Source: Actinobacteria bacterium HGW-Actinobacteria-4 (GTDB lineage: Bacteria > Actinomycetota > Actinomycetes > Actinomycetales > Demequinaceae). Taken from it: a stretch of 64,000 bases of DNA. Each line of letters opens with the position of its first letter. Within the stretch, counting starts at the first letter, position 1. The translations under genes and the position numbers were made by a program. The DNA lies in contig PHEW01000014.1 of assembly GCA_002841315.1 (NCBI GenBank), positions 183 through 64,182 of the forward strand, given 5' to 3'. The notes under the pieces are model-generated. The model did no database searches, had not been told where the DNA came from, and was given only the letters and a program-made list of their open reading frames with translations. Positions 58,277 through 64,000 of this stretch are shown piece after piece.

Positions 58277-58830
58277 GCGACCTGTTTCCGCGTGCCAAGA
58301 AGTTGAAGCACGGGTACAACCCGGGACAAGTTTCGGAGTTCCTGAACCGCGCGCGCCAGTCGTATGACCGCGCTCCTGGCGGCGGGCCCGAGTTGACCGC
58401 GCTCGACATCCGCACTGCGGCTTTCGATCTCAAGCGCGGTGGGTACTCGACCGCCGCCGTCGACGCAGCGATGGACCGACTGGAGGTTGCCTTCGCTGCG
58501 CGCGATCGCGAGAACTTTGTCCGTTCCCACGGTCAGGACGCGTGGATGCAGAGTCTCGCCCACCGCGCCGAGGTGCTCTACCCGCGCCTTCGCCGCCCCG
58601 CGGGCCACAAGTTCTCGCGCCCGCGCGGGTTGCGTGGGGGCTATGACGCCAAGCAGGTGGACGCGCTCTTGGCGCGCATCACGGCATTCTTTGACAGGGG
58701 AGAGCCGCTTACGGCGGCCGAAGTCCGGTCGGTTACCTTCAAGCACCGCTCCAAGTTTCGCGCATACAACGAGCGCACAGTCGACGCCTACCTGGCCAGG
58801 ACGGTGGACGTGCTGCTGGGCGTCGGCTAG
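58273..58830 (+). CDS. DivIVA domain-containing protein (two short DivIVA N-terminal-like repeats)
   Basis: [34 protein letters not shown] and [16 protein letters not shown] each match the GYdxxeVDxfL pattern. 4-nt overlap with rlmN. Confidence 0.7.
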   Translation: MSDLFPRAKKLKHGYNPGQVSEFLNRARQSYDRAPGGGPELTALDIRTAAFDLKRGGYSTAAVDAAMDRLEVAFAARDRENFVRSHGQDAWMQSLAHRAEVLYPRLRRPAGHKFSRPRGLRGGYDAKQVDALLARITAFFDRGEPLTAAEVRSVTFKHRSKFRAYNERTVDAYLARTVDVLLGVG

Positions 58831-58832
58831 TA

Positions 58833-59981
58833 GTGGCAGCCCGCACTGTCGCACTCCTGGGCTCTACCGGGTCCATTGGCGTGCAGGCGATCGATGTCAT
58901 CTCGCGCAACCCTGGCGCCTTTGCGGTGGTGGCGCTTGCCGCAGGCGGGTCCAACCCGCAGCTGGTGATCGCGCAAGCTCGCCAATTGGGCGTGCAGATG
59001 GTTGCGGTGGCGCGCGTTGACGTTGCCCCACAGATTGCCGAGGCCCTTCCTGGCGTGGAAGTCGTGAGTGGCGCCGATGCTGTGGTGACCGCCGCCGGAA
59101 TCGGCGCCGACGTTGTGCTGAACGGCATTACCGGATCCGTGGGGTTGCGGCCCACGCTCGCCGCACTCGAAGCTGGCAGTACGCTGGCGCTGGCGAACAA
59201 GGAGTCTTTGGTCGCTGGTGGCGCGCTGGTCAAGGCAGCTGTGCGCCGCGAAGGACAGATTGTGCCTGTTGATTCGGAGCACTCGGCGCTCGCGCAGGCG
59301 CTCCGGAGCGGGACCGCGCGCGAGGTCAAGCGGTTGGTGGTGACGGCCTCCGGTGGTGCCTTCAGAGGAATGACACGCGCGCAGTTGGGCTCTGTGACAC
59401 CGGAGCAGGCGCTTCAGCACCCCACGTGGAGCATGGGTCCCGTTGTGACAATCAACTCCGCATCGATGGTGAACAAGGCACTCGAGGTGATCGAGGCACA
59501 CGTGCTCTTTGATATCCCCATGGACCGCATTGATGTGGTGGTGCACCCGCAATCGATGGTGCACTCCATGGTGGAGTTTGTGGATGGGTCAACGCTTGCG
59601 CAAGTATCGCCACCAGATATGAGGCTCCCGATCGCGCTGGGCTTGGCCTGGCCCGAACGCGTTCCGGACGCGATTCCGGGGATGGACTGGACTACCGCCC
59701 AACAATGGGCGTTTGAGCCGCTCGATGAAGACGCGTTCCCCGCGATTCGTCTGGCGCGCCAAGCTGTCGCGGCATCGGCCCTGCACCCGGCTGTGTTCAA
59801 CGCCGCCAACGAGGAATGTGTTCAAGCCTTCGTGGATGGGAAGTTGCCTTTCTTGGGGATCGTCGACACCGTTCGAAGCGTTGTCGAAGCGTATAAGGCC
59901 CCCGGCGAAATGACGCTCGACGCCGTTGATGATGCTGAGCGGTGGGCGCGCGAGCAGGCGAATTCGTTGGTGGCGCAGTAG
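58833..59981 (+). CDS. dxr: 1-deoxy-D-xylulose-5-phosphate reductoisomerase
   Basis: GSTGSIG NADPH motif, LANKESLV, DSEHSA, HPTWSMG. Confidence 0.95.
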   Translation: MAARTVALLGSTGSIGVQAIDVISRNPGAFAVVALAAGGSNPQLVIAQARQLGVQMVAVARVDVAPQIAEALPGVEVVSGADAVVTAAGIGADVVLNGITGSVGLRPTLAALEAGSTLALANKESLVAGGALVKAAVRREGQIVPVDSEHSALAQALRSGTAREVKRLVVTASGGAFRGMTRAQLGSVTPEQALQHPTWSMGPVVTINSASMVNKALEVIEAHVLFDIPMDRIDVVVHPQSMVHSMVEFVDGSTLAQVSPPDMRLPIALGLAWPERVPDAIPGMDWTTAQQWAFEPLDEDAFPAIRLARQAVAASALHPAVFNAANEECVQAFVDGKLPFLGIVDTVRSVVEAYKAPGEMTLDAVDDAERWAREQANSLVAQ

Positions 59982-60075
59982 CGACGTGGGTGGTACCGCA
60001 ACCGAGGCGTGGACTAGTCGTAGCGGCGGCGTGGAAGCGACTTGGTAGAGACGACATAGTGGTGGAGAAACAACG

Positions 60076-60096
60076 GTGTGGCAGTAGTTGCCACAC
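60076..60096 (+). other. stem-loop between dxr and the site-2 protease gene
   Basis: Perfect 8-bp stem GTGTGGCA / TGCCACAC with loop GTAGT, 16 nt upstream of ATG 60113 and next to the AAGGTGAGG RBS. No U-tract follows. Confidence 0.4.
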
Positions 60097-60112
60097 GGCT
60101 TAAGGTGAGGTC

Positions 60113-61411
60113 ATGGCTGAGGTAATCGGCATTGCGGTGTTTGTGATCGGCTTGCTGGTTTCGATTGCACTGCACGAGGTGGGGCACATGGTTCCCGCCA
60201 AGAAGTTTGGCGTGCGCGTGAGCCAGTACTTTGTGGGCTTTGGGCCCACCTTGTGGTCCCGCCATGGCAAGGAGACCGAGTACGGCGTCAAGGCGATTCC
60301 GCTTGGCGGGTACGTGAGGCTCGTCGGAATGGTGCCGCCGGAGGACAAGGTCAAGCCGCTCAAGGTTCGTGGACGCATAGGAGACTTGATCGAGGACGCG
60401 CGCGCGGTTTCCGTCGAAGAGATTCACGAGGGCGAAGACCACCGCGCCTTCTACCACCTGGCCTGGTGGAAGAAAGTCATCGTGATGTTCGGCGGCCCCT
60501 TCGTGAACCTGGTGATCGCGGCGGTGTTGTTCACGATCGTGTTGTCGGGCATCGGATTTGCCGGAGCCGGCACGTTGACGATTGACCGGTTGGGGGAGTG
60601 CGTCCCCGTGAAGGCCTCGGCAGAGTGTGCTCCGGGAGACCCCGTGTCGCCGTCGATGATGGCAGGCCTGCGAGCGGGGGACACCTTCGTAGCCGTCGAC
60701 GGCAGGCCCGTCGAAACATGGGCCGACCTCACCGAGTACGTGTCGAGCAGGCCCGGCCAGGAAGTCGTGCTGACACTGGACCGTGACGGTGAGGAGCGAG
60801 TCCTGCCGATGACGCTCGCCGCCGTTGAGCGCCCCGTGGTGCACGACGGTCAGGCGGTCGCCGACGACATCGCAGTGAACCCCGAGGTCGAGACTGTCGG
60901 CTTCATGGGCGTCTATCCAGAGACCACCAGGGTGCGCCAGCCGCTGACGTCAGGCGTTGAAGCGACGGTCCTCTACACGGGACTCACCGCGCAGATCGTC
61001 GTGAACTTGCCCTCTCACCTCTACCACGTGGTGCGCGCCTCCCTTGGGCTTGAGGAGCGCAACGCGGAAGGCGTGGTTGGCCTCGTGGGTGTGGGTCGCA
61101 TCGCAGCAGAGAACCCGGACAGCGGCATCGTGACGTGGATTGCGCGCATGCTGCTGTTGCTCGGCAGCCTCAACCTCGCGCTCTTTGTGTTCAACATGAT
61201 CCCCTTGGTGCCGCTCGACGGCGGCCACATAGCGTCGGCCGTGTGGCAGGCGATCAAGAACGGGTGGGCGCGGCTACGCGGATTGGCCGCCCCGCGTCCC
61301 GTGGACGTCGCTCGCATGATGCCGCTCGCTTATGGGGTGTTCGGAATACTCATCCTCATGGGGCTTGTTCTCATCTGGGCGGACATCGTTGCACCTGTGA
61401 CCCTGGGCTGA
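60113..61411 (+). CDS. M50 family site-2 protease (RseP/Rip1-like) with PDZ domain
   Basis: HEVGHM zinc motif, PDZ-like segment ([17 protein letters not shown]), [12 protein letters not shown] motif. Confidence 0.92.
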   Translation: MAEVIGIAVFVIGLLVSIALHEVGHMVPAKKFGVRVSQYFVGFGPTLWSRHGKETEYGVKAIPLGGYVRLVGMVPPEDKVKPLKVRGRIGDLIEDARAVSVEEIHEGEDHRAFYHLAWWKKVIVMFGGPFVNLVIAAVLFTIVLSGIGFAGAGTLTIDRLGECVPVKASAECAPGDPVSPSMMAGLRAGDTFVAVDGRPVETWADLTEYVSSRPGQEVVLTLDRDGEERVLPMTLAAVERPVVHDGQAVADDIAVNPEVETVGFMGVYPETTRVRQPLTSGVEATVLYTGLTAQIVVNLPSHLYHVVRASLGLEERNAEGVVGLVGVGRIAAENPDSGIVTWIARMLLLLGSLNLALFVFNMIPLVPLDGGHIASAVWQAIKNGWARLRGLAAPRPVDVARMMPLAYGVFGILILMGLVLIWADIVAPVTLG

Positions 61412-61446
61412 ACCGCGTCGCTAACGAACTGGGAGATACTGAAACC

Positions 61447-62598
61447 GTGACTATTGGACTCGGAATGCCCGCCATGCCGCCAACGACCTTGGCGCCCCGC
61501 AAGAAGACCCGCAAGATCAAGGTGGGTTCGGTCTACGTCGGTGGTGACGCGCCGGTCTCTGTCCAATCCATGACGACCACCAAGACCACCGACATCAACG
61601 GGACTCTTCAGCAGATCGCAGAGCTCACCGCCTCAGGTTGCGACATCGTGCGCGTCGCGTGCCCCACGCAGGATGACGCCGACGCCCTGCCGGTAATCGC
61701 AAAGAAGTCCAACATCCCCGTCATTGCAGACATTCACTTCCAGCCCAAGTACGTGTTCGCGGCGATTGACGCCGGCTGTGCGGCCGTTCGGGTGAACCCC
61801 GGTAACATCAAGCGCTTTGACGACCAGATCGCGGAGATCGCGAAGGCCGCCAAGGACGCGGGAACGTCGATCCGCATTGGCGTCAATGCCGGTTCACTGG
61901 ACCCTCGCTTGCTCAAGAAGTACGGCAAGGCAACCCCGGAGGCCCTCGTGGAGTCCGCTGTGTGGGAGGCGTCGCTCTTCGAAGAGCACGACTTCCACGA
62001 CTTCAAGATCTCCGTGAAGCACAACGACCCCGTCATCATGGTCGAGGCCTACAAGCAGCTCTCTGAGCGCGGCGACTGGCCCCTTCACCTTGGAGTCACC
62101 GAAGCTGGCCCCGCGTTCCAGGGCACCATCAAGTCTGCGACGGCCTTTGGTGCACTCCTGAGCCAGGGCATCGGCGACACCATTCGCGTGTCACTGTCCG
62201 CCCCGCCGGTCGAAGAGGTCAAGGTGGGCATCCAGATTCTCCAGAGTCTCAACTTGCGGCCCCGCAAACTCGAGATCGTGTCGTGCCCGTCGTGTGGTCG
62301 TGCCCAGGTGGATGTCTACGAGCTCGCCGAGAAGGTCACAGCAGGGCTGGAGGGCATGGAGGTTCCGTTGCGGGTGGCCGTGATGGGCTGCGTGGTGAAT
62401 GGTCCAGGTGAGGCGCGTGAGGCGGACCTCGGCGTCGCGTCAGGCAACGGCAAGGGCCAGATCTTCGTTAAGGGCGAGGTCATCAAGACCGTCGCCGAGA
62501 AGGACATCGTGGAGACCCTCATCGAAGAGGCGCTCAAGATCGCCGCAACCATGGAGCCCGTGGAGGGCGCATCAGTGCAGGTGATGGCAGGGTCATGA
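61447..62598 (+). CDS. ispG: 4-hydroxy-3-methylbut-2-en-1-yl diphosphate synthase
   Basis: [42 protein letters not shown] 61447 lies after GGGAGA. The ORF-track start at 61135 overlaps the protease gene. Confidence 0.93.
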   Translation: MTIGLGMPAMPPTTLAPRKKTRKIKVGSVYVGGDAPVSVQSMTTTKTTDINGTLQQIAELTASGCDIVRVACPTQDDADALPVIAKKSNIPVIADIHFQPKYVFAAIDAGCAAVRVNPGNIKRFDDQIAEIAKAAKDAGTSIRIGVNAGSLDPRLLKKYGKATPEALVESAVWEASLFEEHDFHDFKISVKHNDPVIMVEAYKQLSERGDWPLHLGVTEAGPAFQGTIKSATAFGALLSQGIGDTIRVSLSAPPVEEVKVGIQILQSLNLRPRKLEIVSCPSCGRAQVDVYELAEKVTAGLEGMEVPLRVAVMGCVVNGPGEAREADLGVASGNGKGQIFVKGEVIKTVAEKDIVETLIEEALKIAATMEPVEGASVQVMAGS

Positions 62599-63515
62599 CC
62601 GATTCGCTGCTCCGGCGCACGCACCACGTGCTGGCGCCCTTGCAGCGACGTGACATCGGCGCGGCTCTAGCGCTGTGCGCTACGGATCCCGTGGCGTTTG
62701 TGTCACCCGCAATGCAACTGGAGACGGCCCGCGACTCCGGCATCATCCCCGCCGGACTCTGGAGCGTGCGCCGCCGTGCTGGGCTTTCTCGCGAGTTCGC
62801 TGGCGTGGTGTGGAACGGTGCGAACTTCACGGCGGTGTTGCCTTCCGGGGACGAGGACGCGACCGACCATATCCGAGCCGAGGTTGCACAAGGCGCGATT
62901 TCACGGCTCAACCGACCAGCGGCGCTCGTGGGGGACGCGGACCTCACGCTCGACATGTGGGGGCGGTTGGAGCCATGGTGGGGGCCCGCCCGCGAGATTC
63001 GACCGCGGCAAGTTTCGATGGCTATCAGCGACGGCCCGCGGCACGTCAGAGCGCTCGAGGCACCCGACCTCGAGCTCGCCGCTGTGCGCCGCGCCTCGAT
63101 GGACGACTTCGCAACGTTGCTACCCGCATGCGTCCACATGTTCAAGGGAGAAGTGGGGTACGACCCCATGCTGCACGGTCGTACCGCGTACGAGGAGCGG
63201 CTCCGACAGTTGGTGCGCGGCGGGCGCTCATACCTTCAGTACGGCGTCGCCGAAGGGCGCCGGCAAGTGGTGTTCAAGGCCGAGGTAGGGGCGCTCGGCG
63301 GGGCAGTGGCGCAACTCCAAGGGGTGTGGGTGCATCCCAGCTTGCGTGGTCGCGGACTTGCGCGCGCTGGCTTGGCGGCGGTGATCGAGGCGGTGCGGGC
63401 GACCACTGCGCCCACGGTGTCGCTGTACGTGAACGACTTCAACGTCGCGGCAATTGAGGCATATGAGGCCGTGGGGTTCCAGCGGGTGGGCGACTTTGCC
63501 ACCGTGATGCTATAG
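62595..63515 (+). CDS. GNAT family N-acetyltransferase (with N-terminal accessory domain)
   Basis: C-terminal acetyl-CoA motif [18 protein letters not shown]. Conserved position after ispG in actinobacteria. Confidence 0.75.
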   Translation: MTDSLLRRTHHVLAPLQRRDIGAALALCATDPVAFVSPAMQLETARDSGIIPAGLWSVRRRAGLSREFAGVVWNGANFTAVLPSGDEDATDHIRAEVAQGAISRLNRPAALVGDADLTLDMWGRLEPWWGPAREIRPRQVSMAISDGPRHVRALEAPDLELAAVRRASMDDFATLLPACVHMFKGEVGYDPMLHGRTAYEERLRQLVRGGRSYLQYGVAEGRRQVVFKAEVGALGGAVAQLQGVWVHPSLRGRGLARAGLAAVIEAVRATTAPTVSLYVNDFNVAAIEAYEAVGFQRVGDFATVML

Positions 63516-63638
63516 CGAACGCGAGGCCGCTCTCTTCGGGGCGCAGGACGTCATGGGTACCTGCGTGACCCGCCCGCGCTCGGGAGTGGGCTGTCGTTAG
63601 CGCAGTCAACCCGCTGACGCCTCGAGGTCCGCGCGCGC

Positions 63639-64000
63639 CTAGGAGCTGGCGGTCACCGTGTCGCCGTGTTCCCAGGCGTGGATGATGGGGTCGTCGTCGG
63701 TGAAGTTGTCGTCGCCCGGGTAGGGGAAGTCGAAGTCATCAGTAGGGGGACCGGTGTTGCCCACATCCGTGTGGCCTATGTCGATGTCGAGTGCGTTCAG
63801 GCCGCCGGGTCGTGGTCGCCGGGTGGGGTCGACTTTGGGTGGTGGGATGAACTCGACTTTGTTGGCGACTACTCTGACTTGCCAGCCGTTGTCGTGGATG
63901 TCGTGGTGACATCGCGTACACAGCATCACCCCGTTGATCAGGTCCGAGCGTCCACCGTGGCGCCACCATTGGATGTGGTGGGCTTCGCAGTGTTCGGGCG
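63639..64000 (-). CDS. HNH endonuclease (DUF222 / 13E12-repeat type), 3' part only; gene continues past the window edge
   Basis: Reverse-strand translation reads PEHCEAHHIQWWRHGGRSDLINGVMLCTRCHHDIHDNGWQV..., an HNH motif, then an acidic tail. Confidence 0.8.
   Translation of the reverse strand, partial: PEHCEAHHIQWWRHGGRSDLINGVMLCTRCHHDIHDNGWQVRVVANKVEFIPPPKVDPTRRPRPGGLNALDIDIGHTDVGNTGPPTDDFDFPYPGDDNFTDDDPIIHAWEHGDTVTASS

Noticed and set aside
59986-60000. T-box-like string GTGGGTGGTACCGCA just after the dxr stop
   Set aside because: It resembles the GGGTGGTACCGCG core, but any Stem I or specifier region would have to lie inside the dxr coding sequence. The downstream gene is a protease, not an aminoacyl-tRNA-related gene, and the last conserved bases differ. 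Probably chance.
61135-61446. 5' extension of the ispG ORF overlapping the site-2 protease gene, and likewise 398-589 upstream of the anti-sigma candidate and 1758-1871 upstream of ileS
   Set aside because: The extensions overlap conserved upstream genes or the T-box leader and encode Arg/Pro-rich sequence without homology. Internal starts with ribosome-binding sites match family N-termini.

Overview
High-GC actinobacterial chromosomal core segment, judged by gene content and order and possibly Micrococcales-like. Gene order matches the mycobacterial, corynebacterial and Streptomyces housekeeping region. It runs: ECF sigma pair, ileS (with T-box leader), folC x2, DUF4233, ndk, smc, ftsY, amt-glnK-glnD, ffh, rpsP-KH-rimM-trmD, rplS-lepB-rnhB, DUF2469, yraN, Mg-chelatase-like ATPase, dprA, xerC, whiG/fliA-type sigma, rpsB-tsf, pyrH-frr-cdsA, rlmN, dxr, site-2 protease, ispG, GNAT. 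Several accessory inserts interrupt this backbone. (1) A GH16 lipoprotein followed by three tandem paralogs that fuse an N-terminal DUF2510 module to a type IV pilin-like helix and globular domain. (2) A 4-TM protein, apt and a ~1000-aa SF2 helicase with predicted transmembrane helices, inserted between DUF4233 and ndk. (3) A membrane-anchored protein with three PPC-like repeats. (4) A NOX-like ferric reductase, FMN-binding protein and ApbE flavinylation cluster. (5) An ~8.5 kb ROK / ABC transporter / GH15 / GH31 / ANT(6)-like operon inserted between trmD and rplS. (6) A partial HNH (DUF222-type) endonuclease at the right edge. I saw no rRNA, tRNA, CRISPR array or IS element. Sequence-level oddities include rimM and trmD forming one uninterrupted reading frame, and a lepB N-terminus that extends upstream of any canonical start codon. 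Three convergent gene pairs share a bidirectional CTAG stop. There is a GlnR-type box upstream of amt. In-frame tandem repeats occur in cdsA (hexapeptide xxGE[YFM]P, about 18 copies) and in rpsB. All calls come from reading the translated ORFs and the DNA by eye; no searches were run.
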